DNA of 64,000 nt from assembly GCA_903908245.1 (NCBI GenBank), contig CAIVRE010000002.1, positions 90,761 to 154,760 of the forward strand. The letters are read 5' to 3'. This stretch comes from Candidatus Omnitrophota bacterium (lineage in GTDB: Bacteria; Omnitrophota; Gorgyraeia; Zapsychrales; Fredricksoniimonadaceae). A model generated the notes under the pieces. That model saw nothing but the letters and a program-made list of their open reading frames with translations. It was not told the origin of the DNA and ran no database searches. Of this stretch, positions 1-10,699 are shown one piece after another. A program made the translations under genes and the position numbers. Numbering within the stretch: the first letter of the stretch is position 1; each line of letters opens with the position of its first letter.

Positions 1-446
1 CCGGGCTGGATGCCCTTGACCTTCATCCCGTAAGAACAATCGACCTTAAGGTCACCGGGAACAGCCATACCGCTGATCTTGAACTTCTTTCGGATCGATT
101 CCCCCGGCATCAGGATCACCACCGGATCGCCCGAAGGGGCCTTGGTACCCCAATTCTGGCCATTAATACTACAGAATGTGGTCTTGTCATCGATCGTGAA
201 GGTCTTGAGCGCGTACTTACCCGCGTTGGTCACAACGAGATCGAACACGACCTTTTCCCCGACCTTAAATGTCTTGTTTTTGGTTTCGATGCTGATCTCA
301 AGCGCCGGATCAGCCCCTTGATCCGCGTCAACGACGTTCCCTCCGGGGACCACCGGAGCCTCGGCATCCTGCTGGGCAAGAACGGCCATACCCGGCGAAC
401 TCAATAACATGCCAAGAAATACTATGAACAAGATCCGATTCTTCAT
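1..446 (-). CDS. secreted protein of unknown function; 3' end runs off the window start
   Basis: ATG at 446-444 on the minus strand with an AAGGA ribosome-binding site 5 nt upstream. My own translation reads MKNRILFIVFLGMLLSSPGMAVLAQQDAEAPVV..., with a signal-peptide-like N-terminus. The frame stays open to position 1. It is absent from the ORF track because there is no stop codon inside the window. Confidence 0.5.
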   Translation of the reverse strand, partial: MKNRILFIVFLGMLLSSPGMAVLAQQDAEAPVVPGGNVVDADQGADPALEISIETKNKTFKVGEKVVFDLVVTNAGKYALKTFTIDDKTTFCSINGQNWGTKAPSGDPVVILMPGESIRKKFKISGMAVPGDLKVDCSYGMKVKGIQP

Positions 447-499
447 AATTTCCTTAAAGAACATGTTTAATATAAATTATAATTCTCATATATTTTACC

Positions 500-553
500 A
501 TAAAAAACCATCCCGAAGATGAAAGAGATTTTCTCTTTTATCTTCGGGATGGT
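500..553 (-). terminator. rho-independent terminator downstream of rpoD
   Basis: Stem of about 21 bp with one mismatch (ccatcccgaagatgaaagaga / tctcttttatcttcgggatgg, 508-552). A T-run follows on the minus strand (plus-strand a501-a507). Confidence 0.7.
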
Positions 554-594
554 AGTAATACTTTCTTGGGATGATTAAACAAGCCTGCGGCTTG

Positions 595-2223
<1,629 letters not shown>

Positions 2224-2236
2224 CCCCGTTTATGGT

Positions 2237-4006
2237 TCAACCCTTGATGATCGTATTAAATTGCTCCTGGAGAGAACGGACCATATCCCAGTCTCCCGCT
2301 TTCTCCGCCAGTTTCATCGCGTCGCGCAAACGCTGCCGCTCCGCTTTCTGCCGGGTCCCCTTGATGCTTTTAACACAGTCGGCGAACATCCGCTTCTGGT
2401 CATTGAACACCACATCGTCCTGCGCAAGGCGCGTCAGGATCGACCTTGTTGCATCATCCCCGAATGAATTAATAAGCGCCGCCACGCCGACCTGTTTCTC
2501 CCTGTCGAACAACTCGTAGACTTTGGCGACGATAAGCCTGATGGCATCGTCCTTCAGGTCTTCCGGCAGGATGACCACGCGCGACTCCGCCACCCATTTT
2601 GGGTCCACCAGCATGAGCTTGAGGAGCAAACTTTCCTCAGGGGAAAGCTCCTTGCGCTCATACGCCTTCTTTGCTTCACCGCCGCCCGGCCTCGACTGCA
2701 CGATATTCCCCAGACGGCGCCGTTCTTTGATAACAGCCTCCTCGGGGATCTGCAGCCTGCCCGCCAACTCCCGCACATATCCATCCCTGACCACTTCACT
2801 TGGTATTTTGTCGATGGTGGGAAGCATCTCCTGACAGATCATCGCCCGGCCTTCGATCGTATGCGCATTATGCGCGGCCATTAAACGGCCTAATTTGAAA
2901 TCGAAAAGGCTGTGAGCTTGTTTGATCCGGTCGCGGAAAGCGTCCGCCCCATCCTTGAGGATGAATGAATCCGGGTCTTCGTCGTCGGCAAGGGCGGCCA
3001 CGCGCACGTTCATGTCCTCTTCAAGGAGGATATCCAGGCTGCGCAGGGTCGCCGCTTGGCCAGCGGTGTCCATATCAAAGAGCATAATAACATTACGTGT
3101 ATAACGCCTGATCAGGCGGACCTGATCGGCCGTAAGCGCGGTGCCCAGCGAAGCCACCACGTTCTCAATACCGGCCTCGACAGGCCGGATAAGGTCCATG
3201 TAACCCTCTACAATAATGACCGCATCCTCGCGGGTGATCGCATCCTTGGCCCAGTTAAGGCCGTAAAAATGCCGGCCCTTGGTGTAAAGGATGCTCTCCG
3301 GCGAATTGATGTATTTCGCCTTGTCATCTTTCTTGAGAGCACGCGCGCCGAAAGCCAGGGCGCGGTTACGGTAATCAAAGATCGAAAATATCACCCGGCC
3401 GCGGAACCGGTCGTAAAACCCCTGGCCCTTATCGCGAGGAACAACCAGGCCGGACTTTAAAATAACTTCATCGGAAAATCCTTTTTGCTTCAGCTCTTTG
3501 GCCAACCCGTCCCAGGCGTCGTACGCGTAACCGATCTTGAAACGTTTCACGCAATCAAGGCTGACCGTCCGCGACTTTAAATAATCCCTGGCGATCCCAA
3601 CCTCCGGCTCCTTGCCGGTAACAAGATTGCGGTGATAATACTCGACCGCCACCTCGTTGGCCTTGAACACCATCTGCCGCAGGTCATCTTTGACCCTGGC
3701 GCCCGGATCTGTTTCCGGGATGACCACGCCGGCCTTGGCCGCGAGCATCCTTACCGCCTCGGCAAAATCCAGCCGCTCATGCTTCATCACAAAACTGAGG
3801 ACGTTCCCGCCTTCATGACAGCCGAAGCAATGGAAGATCTGCTTGCCCGGCGTCACAACGAACGACGGTGTTTTCTCATTATGGAACGGACAAAGAGCTT
3901 TATAATTCGCGCCCGCCTTCTTCAACGGGATATAGCTTCCGATCAACTCGACGATATTCGTCCGGTCGATAACCTGCCCGATAACATCTTCCGGTATCAA
4001 ACCCAC
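2237..4006 (-). CDS. dnaG: DNA primase DnaG
   Basis: N-terminal CHC2 zinc finger (CPFHNEKTPSFVV...HCFGC) and a TOPRIM region (VIIVEGYMDLI...MLFDMDTAG). Sits 13 bp upstream of rpoD in the classical dnaG-rpoD arrangement. Confidence 0.93.
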   Translation of the reverse strand: MGLIPEDVIGQVIDRTNIVELIGSYIPLKKAGANYKALCPFHNEKTPSFVVTPGKQIFHCFGCHEGGNVLSFVMKHERLDFAEAVRMLAAKAGVVIPETDPGARVKDDLRQMVFKANEVAVEYYHRNLVTGKEPEVGIARDYLKSRTVSLDCVKRFKIGYAYDAWDGLAKELKQKGFSDEVILKSGLVVPRDKGQGFYDRFRGRVIFSIFDYRNRALAFGARALKKDDKAKYINSPESILYTKGRHFYGLNWAKDAITREDAVIIVEGYMDLIRPVEAGIENVVASLGTALTADQVRLIRRYTRNVIMLFDMDTAGQAATLRSLDILLEEDMNVRVAALADDEDPDSFILKDGADAFRDRIKQAHSLFDFKLGRLMAAHNAHTIEGRAMICQEMLPTIDKIPSEVVRDGYVRELAGRLQIPEEAVIKERRRLGNIVQSRPGGGEAKKAYERKELSPEESLLLKLMLVDPKWVAESRVVILPEDLKDDAIRLIVAKVYELFDREKQVGVAALINSFGDDATRSILTRLAQDDVVFNDQKRMFADCVKSIKGTRQKAERQRLRDAMKLAEKAGDWDMVRSLQEQFNTIIKG

Positions 4007-4024
4007 GTGCTGCCTGCCTCTGAA

Positions 4025-4597
4025 TTATTTCTTGATCACATCTCTGAGTGTCTGCCCTACCGCCGGATTCTTCTTCTGGTCGGGCAAAAGCCGCGTCACA
4101 AAACGATCGCAAGCCTCCCGATAGAGCACCGGGGCGACCAGCAGGACATGCCTGCCGGATAATGATGATAAAGTCATGGTCTGCAAGTACTTCTGTCCGG
4201 ATGCAAGGAACAGGAACATCAGCATACTGGCAGTTAACACGAGCCGGCCCACCGCAATGACCACCGCGCCCCATTTGTCGACCGCGTTCTCCGCTTTCAC
4301 CGAAAAAAGCATCAGAAGCCCGTCACGACTGAATTTGCATACCAGCAGTGTCATCACCCATAGAAAAGCAAAAGCCGCAGCCGCAAGGAGCGTCGGCGGA
4401 ATAATTGTCTTTTGAACCACGCCGCTCAAGGCAGTATAAAAATGAAAAGAGACCATCAACGCCAACAGGAGCGCCAGGGTCTTGAGGAACTCGACCACAA
4501 AACCGGTCTGTGCGCTGACATAAAAGATCCTTATTGCGATCAGCAGAACAACAATGTCCACCCAATTAATGCTTTTGAGTATTTCCATCAGTTCCAT
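4025..4597 (-). CDS. CvpA-family membrane protein
   Basis: 190 aa, four predicted TM helices. The N-terminus MELMEILKSINWVDIVVLLIAIRIF... is typical of the colicin V production (CvpA) family. Sits immediately upstream of dnaG. Confidence 0.6.
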   Translation of the reverse strand: MELMEILKSINWVDIVVLLIAIRIFYVSAQTGFVVEFLKTLALLLALMVSFHFYTALSGVVQKTIIPPTLLAAAAFAFLWVMTLLVCKFSRDGLLMLFSVKAENAVDKWGAVVIAVGRLVLTASMLMFLFLASGQKYLQTMTLSSLSGRHVLLVAPVLYREACDRFVTRLLPDQKKNPAVGQTLRDVIKK

Positions 4598-4654
4598 CTC
4601 GCCCGAAAGCGCTCAAATTTCAATGGTTTATAGAGTGAGGCTATTGTGAATTGC

Positions 4655-4690
4655 CAAAGTATAACATATGACTTTTTAGAATGCCAATAA
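4655..4690 (-). promoter_or_regulatory. candidate sigma-70 promoter for cvpA-like/dnaG/rpoD
   Basis: On the minus strand: TTGGCA (4687-4682), an 18-nt spacer, then TATACT (4663-4658), about 60 nt upstream of the ATG at 4597. The 112-bp intergenic region is AT-rich. Confidence 0.25.
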
Positions 4691-4709
4691 AAATAACGCG
4701 TACAACCGA

Positions 4710-7649
4710 TCAGCGGACTGTCGATAACCGCCAGCGCCTCAAACCCATCCAGAACACAAGAGCCAATACCAAAAGCAGCCACGAAGGTGCAGGGGAATTG
4801 ACGCTATTCTGAGGCACCTCGGGCGTTTTCTCAAAATCAAACACATCGGACGCCGCCATCATCTGCTTCTCTTTATCCTTTAAACCCCTCCATTGAGCAT
4901 CCCGTTCAACCACCATATACGCGGTTGCCGGTGTCAGGACCCCCAGCTTCCGGCTTTGTTCAACCAGCCAGGGCTTTTCCTTATCCATTAAACGAACACT
5001 GGCCATAGCCGCCTCATTGCGAAAGATCAATTCCAGCCCATGTTCATAACCCTCATCATTCAAAAGGGATCCCGTCTTCTCCAATGGCTTGAACCCTCCC
5101 GCACCAGGATCATAGACCTCTACCCGGCCGGTATCGAGCCTGTCCGTATACCCACGCGCATCGGATGACACCGCAGAAACCCTTGATCCCTGCCGCAAAA
5201 GAACAACCCTGTCACTGGCGGAAGCTTCCGATGCGCTCCACAAAGGACGCTGTTCCCTGCCTTTATTCGGTGCAATGATCAAATACTGGCCTGCCTCGGG
5301 AATATACCTCTTAAAAACATCCATTTTCTCGGAAAAAGGCAATACATTCTGAGGCGCCCCCGTTAAAACAACAAACAGCGGATATTCCTGCCAGCAATCC
5401 GAGCCCGCACGGTCCAGGCACGTTTCTTTATATTCCAATACCGCATTCTGGATAACCCTTTGCAGGTCCAGGGACCCGCGTAAAGGCAAAGACACCCGCC
5501 CAAACGCCCTTCCCAGGTACGCGGCATCACGCACATCAACAAACCCCGAAGACAATGCCCGCGCCTCAAAATTGGCTTCCGTCAATTTCGCCTTACGGAT
5601 ACCGGGATATTGCGCGGCAACGCTCCGGATCAGCGCTTCATACGCTGCCGAGCCCATCGAAGCCTGGGCAGAACGGTCAATAATAAAATGAAAGTACGGC
5701 TTTCGCGCCAAAGCTGGCAACCGGGCGATCACGCCCCCGGGCAGGATCAGCGCAGATGCGCCGACAACGCCCGCCGAAGGAGCGTCTGCTGACGCCGCCG
5801 TCAGGACAACAGGCCGGCCATTGAGCCTGACCGCAGGATAAAAATGCTCGGGGTAAAGAAAATCGATCTCGACCTGCCGCGTCTCATTCTGCAGGACAGG
5901 GAACACCTTCAATTCCACCCGGGTCGGCGACTGATAGGCCAGAAGGCCGGGATCCCGCCGGGTATTCTTGATCTGGTCATACACCCACATGGCCGTCTTC
6001 TTTTCAAAGATCCGGCCCGGCACCATTGCATCCCCAACCTTCAGGCGAAAACCGGTGATCAACACGCCCGGAGGAAGGTCGATCGTCTGATAAAATTCCC
6101 GCGGCCCGGAAAATTGCCATGCATATTGATCTTCTTTAACTGCCGTCTCGGCCTTCGGGGCCCATGCCATCGATAAACTCAAGGTGCTCTGAACAAGATC
6201 CGAAGACGGCTTAACAGATGCCACGCCTTCTGCAACAATGTTCACCTCGCGCTCATGCGGCGCCCGCCACCCTGTACCGGCCCTCATGCGCGAGCTGCGC
6301 CCCCAATAACTGCTGACTGAAACTTCCGGCAATTCTTCACCGGAGAACAATTTGTAAACATAGCTGATCTTCTCGTCAGGCAAGACCATACCTTCAAAAA
6401 CGATCGCATTATAAAGATCGGACAAATACGGGAGCCCGTCACCCTCTTTGAATTGCTTGAGCGCCCTCATGGTCCGCGCCACATCTTGCGCCGCGCCAGG
6501 GAACTTCAGGTCCCCGTGGCCTTCCGATGAATACACATATTCCAGCGCCTGCTTCAGGACGATCTTGTCTTTCACGACCTGGACACCAAAGAACAAAGGA
6601 AGGACCAGGAGCCCTGCACAAACAAACATGACGGCTCTGCGCAGCCCGAGTCCGGCTACTGCGGCTTTCCAGTCGTCCATAAGCGCTTTCGTATGGACCA
6701 GGAACAACGCAACGGGGATCCAGGCCAGAAAGCCGAACCCGAAAAACAACACCGCCAGAATACCCAACGGCAGAAAAGGCAGGACGATCAGAAAAAAATA
6801 CGCCGTAACAAGAAAAGTGACACTGCGCAGGAATAAGCCCCAGCCCACCGATCCGGGATTTCGCAATGGCGGAAGGATCATCAGGATCCCGTTGATAGAC
6901 ACCAGAACGAACAGCAATATCCCTTCAGGCCCCGTCCACACCTGGAACACCTTTATAAAAAGAGAGATCATTGCCGGGCCGGACGCCGCCAGAAGAATAC
7001 GCAGGATGGAATTCTCCAATGCTCCTTTAACAACAAGGCTTTGATAGGTTGCCATCACAAAACGGACGAACAACTGCATGAAGAACAAACACACAGCCGC
7101 AAAAATAAAGAACGGAACAAATGAGAATGCGGCATACCTGTCCCCGAAGACCATGACCGTCCCAAGCAGCAACATCGGCATCAGAAAGATCCCGCCAAGG
7201 ATAAAAACCGGCAAACGGCCTTCATCGATCTCGAGCTTATGACAGGAGATCCTGACCACCCCGTAAAATATCCCGGGCATCATGAACGTGGCCTGGGACA
7301 GAAAAAGATCGCCCTGGTCGATGATCCAGCGGTCAATATTCATGGGGACAAGCTTCATCCCGCCATTCATAAAGATATAAAGATAAATAATATTCAAGCA
7401 CATCAGGAGCACGCTCATTTTCGCGGGGACCACGGCACCCCGCGAAAAACTCTGCCACCACAGCGCCACCGCAAGGCCGATCATCGCGGCCTCACAGGCA
7501 CCGACAGCCAGCCAACTTTCCCGGGCCTCCGGCCCGACCAGCCAGCACGCGTGGCAATTGATCAAAAGAAGGACGACCTGCGGCAGGATAAAAACCCAGA
7601 TCAACGCGGCCGGCGTCCCGAAAGACTCGGGCAGATTTGGCTTATTCAT
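4710..7649 (-). CDS. large polytopic membrane protein with a C-terminal sorting-signal-like anchor; possible exosortase-system VIT/vWA-domain protein
   Basis: 979 aa. About 350 aa of N-terminal hydrophobic helices, then about 600 aa of soluble domain. The C-terminus reads ...NSVNSPAPSWLLLVLALVFWMGLRRWRLSTVR, a Pro-rich motif, one TM helix and an Arg cluster, the tripartite architecture of PEP-CTERM-type signals. The start overlaps the stop of the upstream exosortase-like gene by 8 bp. The VIT/vWA assignment is from memory of the XrtN-system VIT family and is not motif-verified here. Confidence 0.55.
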   Translation of the reverse strand: MNKPNLPESFGTPAALIWVFILPQVVLLLINCHACWLVGPEARESWLAVGACEAAMIGLAVALWWQSFSRGAVVPAKMSVLLMCLNIIYLYIFMNGGMKLVPMNIDRWIIDQGDLFLSQATFMMPGIFYGVVRISCHKLEIDEGRLPVFILGGIFLMPMLLLGTVMVFGDRYAAFSFVPFFIFAAVCLFFMQLFVRFVMATYQSLVVKGALENSILRILLAASGPAMISLFIKVFQVWTGPEGILLFVLVSINGILMILPPLRNPGSVGWGLFLRSVTFLVTAYFFLIVLPFLPLGILAVLFFGFGFLAWIPVALFLVHTKALMDDWKAAVAGLGLRRAVMFVCAGLLVLPLFFGVQVVKDKIVLKQALEYVYSSEGHGDLKFPGAAQDVARTMRALKQFKEGDGLPYLSDLYNAIVFEGMVLPDEKISYVYKLFSGEELPEVSVSSYWGRSSRMRAGTGWRAPHEREVNIVAEGVASVKPSSDLVQSTLSLSMAWAPKAETAVKEDQYAWQFSGPREFYQTIDLPPGVLITGFRLKVGDAMVPGRIFEKKTAMWVYDQIKNTRRDPGLLAYQSPTRVELKVFPVLQNETRQVEIDFLYPEHFYPAVRLNGRPVVLTAASADAPSAGVVGASALILPGGVIARLPALARKPYFHFIIDRSAQASMGSAAYEALIRSVAAQYPGIRKAKLTEANFEARALSSGFVDVRDAAYLGRAFGRVSLPLRGSLDLQRVIQNAVLEYKETCLDRAGSDCWQEYPLFVVLTGAPQNVLPFSEKMDVFKRYIPEAGQYLIIAPNKGREQRPLWSASEASASDRVVLLRQGSRVSAVSSDARGYTDRLDTGRVEVYDPGAGGFKPLEKTGSLLNDEGYEHGLELIFRNEAAMASVRLMDKEKPWLVEQSRKLGVLTPATAYMVVERDAQWRGLKDKEKQMMAASDVFDFEKTPEVPQNSVNSPAPSWLLLVLALVFWMGLRRWRLSTVR

Positions 7650-8208
7650 AAAAGAGCTCCCTTTCCCAATAAATTATTACAGCGCACAGGACGGGAAGGA
7701 ACACCATCACTCCCACCCCCAAATGAAGCAACCCCTGGAACTTTTCCAGGCTCAAGGCTTGAGCCCAGGCATGAACATAATATGCACCCACGATCCGGAT
7801 GCCATTAAGAAGTATCGTTAAAAGGTACGCTCCCGCCACTGTCGCCGCAACCGCGGCCCATTTAAAGACAGGCCGGGACTGGTACCTGGAAAGGATATGC
7901 ACAACAGAAACAGAAACGATCAAAGAAAAGAACCCGAACGCGTCACACTCCCGTGTCACGCGGACCAGCGTCCCCGAAACCGGGATCACCCAACTCCCGT
8001 CGATCAGGGAAGGCTTCTGCCAGAAGAACAAACCCGCAATATATGCCGCCGGCTGCCCCCATAAAAAGTGGATCCATTGCGCCACTACACGATGGCCGGA
8101 CCACAATAAATTTGTGAACGCGAACAACCCGACCGCCTGCAGGACGATCAGGTCATTCTTGACAACACTATGCTGAACCTTTGTCGAACGATCGCTCATA
8201 AACGGCAC
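7642..8208 (-). CDS. short exosortase/archaeosortase-family protein (possible XrtN-type)
   Basis: 188 aa, entirely hydrophobic helices. Has a Cys in a TM context (VTRECDAFGFF) and an N-x-x-R motif (LLNGIRIVGAYY), resembling the conserved Cys/Asn/Arg of exosortases. Translationally coupled to the 979-aa protein downstream and 4 bp from the small TM gene upstream. Confidence 0.5.
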   Translation of the reverse strand: MPFMSDRSTKVQHSVVKNDLIVLQAVGLFAFTNLLWSGHRVVAQWIHFLWGQPAAYIAGLFFWQKPSLIDGSWVIPVSGTLVRVTRECDAFGFFSLIVSVSVVHILSRYQSRPVFKWAAVAATVAGAYLLTILLNGIRIVGAYYVHAWAQALSLEKFQGLLHLGVGVMVFLPVLCAVIIYWERELFYE

Positions 8209-8211
8209 CGC

Positions 8212-8418
8212 TCACTTCTGCATGGTCACGTAAGTATAAGTAAAAAGCCCCCCTGTGATCATCACGGCTCCGGCAATAAAATAAACGCCGGAAACAGCGA
8301 TCAGCTGAAGGTCCCAGCCTATCGCGTACGGAACGACCAGAAGCGAACCGAACGCTCCCAGCGTGAACACCGTCAATGCAACGGCCTTACACATTGTTTT
8401 GATAGCTTCGGGTGTCAT
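8212..8418 (-). CDS. small 2-TM membrane protein, unknown function
   Basis: 68 aa with two hydrophobic helices (AVALTVFTLGAFGSLLVV; VSGVYFIAGAVMITGGLF). Ends 4 bp before the exosortase-like gene. Confidence 0.5.
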   Translation of the reverse strand: MTPEAIKTMCKAVALTVFTLGAFGSLLVVPYAIGWDLQLIAVSGVYFIAGAVMITGGLFTYTYVTMQK

Positions 8419-8504
8419 AACAACCTCCTGTTTTAAACTGTCTCCATCGATCCATCGCCGCTCTTCCCGGGGGCGGCCTCTCCCGTCTGATCTTCCCTAA
8501 AACC

Positions 8505-9827
8505 CTACACCTCCTCCCGGCACCACCGATGATACGACATAGCGGCGAAAAAGATCCCGGCCGCGGCCACTGACCCTGTATGCAACAGGATCGTCCGTAC
8601 GTCATAAGCCGGGACACCCCAGAACTCGGCCAGCGCATAAGCGCCATACAACACAATAAGGCTCACCGCCATCCGCTGGTCCTTCCATGTAGCCACATAG
8701 GCCAGCAAAGCAAGGGTCATCTGCGTGAACACGCCGGTAAAGACCAGATAGGCCCAGAACTTCGACGAGTAAATGAACGGCAATCCCCACAGCACCGCCG
8801 GAATGATCCCGAAAAGGACCGATGTCATGACCCACGCCGCCAGAAGCGCTGCCGCCAGCAGGACGCCCCATTGCACGGCCACCCCTTCCCGGCGCACGGG
8901 ACGCAGCAGGGCGTAATCCCGGAACGCCACGGTACGGTAATAAAAACACAGCATCACCGTCAGCGGAGCCGCGACAAAAACGAGGAAATTGACATACGGC
9001 CGCGCATAGAATCCCGTCGGGCCAGCGATAAAAAGAACATAAGCCATGAACACCGCGGCCCCCGCCAGCAGCATCCCCCCGATGCCAGGGACCGCCTCAT
9101 CTTCCACATACGCCCAATGAAAAGCCTGGCCGATAAGGTTTTTCTGTTGCGCGTAAAGCGGGGCCTTCCGGTACACATAAGGGCGGCTTGATGTGCGGGT
9201 CCTGGCGCGGTGCAGCGGCCAGGACAGAACATACGCGTATTCCACCATGCCCTCGTTCAACATCGCCAGGCGCCACAGGAACCCCGTGAGCAACAGGACC
9301 GCCACCGCCGTCAACCCGTAGAACGCGGCATCCGACACGACCAGAAGCTGCAAAAGGTCCCGTGAATGCCCGACGATAAAAAGCAGGGCCCCGTAACCGA
9401 TGAAGAGGATCATCCTCCCGGAAATATACGCGATCACGATCGTGGCAAGAAAGGTCCCCAGGCACAGCACGATCCAGGCCCACTTGACCCGCTCCCCGAC
9501 AAGGTCCGTCAACCCCGACAGCCACCAGGCCGTCACAAAAGCCACGGCCAGCCACAAGAAACTCCCGACGGCAATATGCGCTGCACGGTACCCCGGGACC
9601 AGCCGCGCCATGGGAGACGCCATCTGGCGCTTGATCATGACCCCGAACTGAAAGGCCAGCGTCATCCAGAGACAAAGCCAGACGGTGGTCAGCTCGTCGA
9701 ACAGGTCCCACTGCTTTCCGGCCATGAACACCTTGCCCAGCGCAAGAACAGCAACAAACCCGAGGACCAGGGCCATCCAAAGCCAGCGCTCCCGATACAA
9801 CATGAGAACAGCCTGTATCCTTTTCAT
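8505..9827 (-). CDS. polytopic permease partner of the ABC ATPase (ABC-2-like), no recognisable family
   Basis: 440 aa with roughly 10-12 hydrophobic segments. Its start overlaps the ATPase stop (ATGA-type coupling). Confidence 0.55.
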   Translation of the reverse strand: MKRIQAVLMLYRERWLWMALVLGFVAVLALGKVFMAGKQWDLFDELTTVWLCLWMTLAFQFGVMIKRQMASPMARLVPGYRAAHIAVGSFLWLAVAFVTAWWLSGLTDLVGERVKWAWIVLCLGTFLATIVIAYISGRMILFIGYGALLFIVGHSRDLLQLLVVSDAAFYGLTAVAVLLLTGFLWRLAMLNEGMVEYAYVLSWPLHRARTRTSSRPYVYRKAPLYAQQKNLIGQAFHWAYVEDEAVPGIGGMLLAGAAVFMAYVLFIAGPTGFYARPYVNFLVFVAAPLTVMLCFYYRTVAFRDYALLRPVRREGVAVQWGVLLAAALLAAWVMTSVLFGIIPAVLWGLPFIYSSKFWAYLVFTGVFTQMTLALLAYVATWKDQRMAVSLIVLYGAYALAEFWGVPAYDVRTILLHTGSVAAAGIFFAAMSYHRWCREEV

Positions 9828-10699
9828 CGGCTCATCTCCAGAAAGATCTCTTCCAGGTTCAGATCCTCGACGTCCACCTTTACGCCCAGCGCCTTCTCAA
9901 GGCCCTGACGACGGCCCTCGTTATAACCGCGGACGGTCAATATGGCCTGCTGTCCACGGACATAACTGTTGACCAGCCCCTCCATCACCAATGGCGGCAG
10001 GGCTCCGGTAGGGCAATGCACACGGATACGCTTGACCTCGTCTTTGAGCTCATCAAGCCCGCCGCAGAAATCGATCTTGCCGGACCGCAGGACCGCCACC
10101 GTATCGGCCACACGCTCAAGGTCGGAGGTGATATGCGTCGAGAAGAAAATGGTGCACTTGCGCTCGGAAACAACTTCCAGGATGGTCTTAAGGAACTCCC
10201 GCCGCGCCACCGGGTCCAGGCTTGCCACCGGCTCGTCAAAAACCAAAAGTTCCGGCTCATGGCCCAGGGCAAGAATAATAAGGAGCTTTTGCATCTCTCC
10301 CTCTGAAAGGACCTCAACGCGCGTGGCAAGGTCCAGATCCCACTCCCGCACAAGCCTGTCCACCAGTGCAGCATTCCAATGCGGATAAAAGGACGCCGTA
10401 TACTCGATAAGCCTGCCCGCCTGAAGCCACGGATAAGGCCGATACCCCTGGGGGACATAACCGATCAACGCCTTGGCCTTGTTGGACAGGTCCCATGATC
10501 CCTCGCCGAAAACCGTCATCTTCCCCGAATCCGTCTTGAGCAAGCCCAGGACACATTTAAGCAGCGTCGTCTTGCCGGCCCCGTTCTTTCCCAAAAGGCC
10601 GATCACAGACCCTTCGGGCACATCCAGAAAGACTCCGTTGAGGACCGCCTTGCGGCCATAAGCCTTTTTGACATCTTCACAATGGATAACGTTAGACAT
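9824..10699 (-). CDS. ABC transporter ATP-binding protein
   Basis: Walker A GLLGKNGAGKTTLLK, signature LSEGEMQKLLIILAL, Walker B LLVFDEPVASLD. Confidence 0.9.
   Translation of the reverse strand: MSNVIHCEDVKKAYGRKAVLNGVFLDVPEGSVIGLLGKNGAGKTTLLKCVLGLLKTDSGKMTVFGEGSWDLSNKAKALIGYVPQGYRPYPWLQAGRLIEYTASFYPHWNAALVDRLVREWDLDLATRVEVLSEGEMQKLLIILALGHEPELLVFDEPVASLDPVARREFLKTILEVVSERKCTIFFSTHITSDLERVADTVAVLRSGKIDFCGGLDELKDEVKRIRVHCPTGALPPLVMEGLVNSYVRGQQAILTVRGYNEGRRQGLEKALGVKVDVEDLNLEEIFLEMSR

Noticed and set aside
79-321. 80-aa plus-strand ORF at the window start
   Set aside because: It overlaps the better-supported minus-strand signal-peptide gene (1..446). That gene has a proper ribosome-binding site and this ORF has none.
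9097-9780. 227-aa minus-strand ORF inside the permease gene region (alternate frame)
   Set aside because: It sits in a different frame overlapping the 440-aa permease. The Gly/Arg/Pro-rich translation is typical of off-frame reading of GC-rich DNA.
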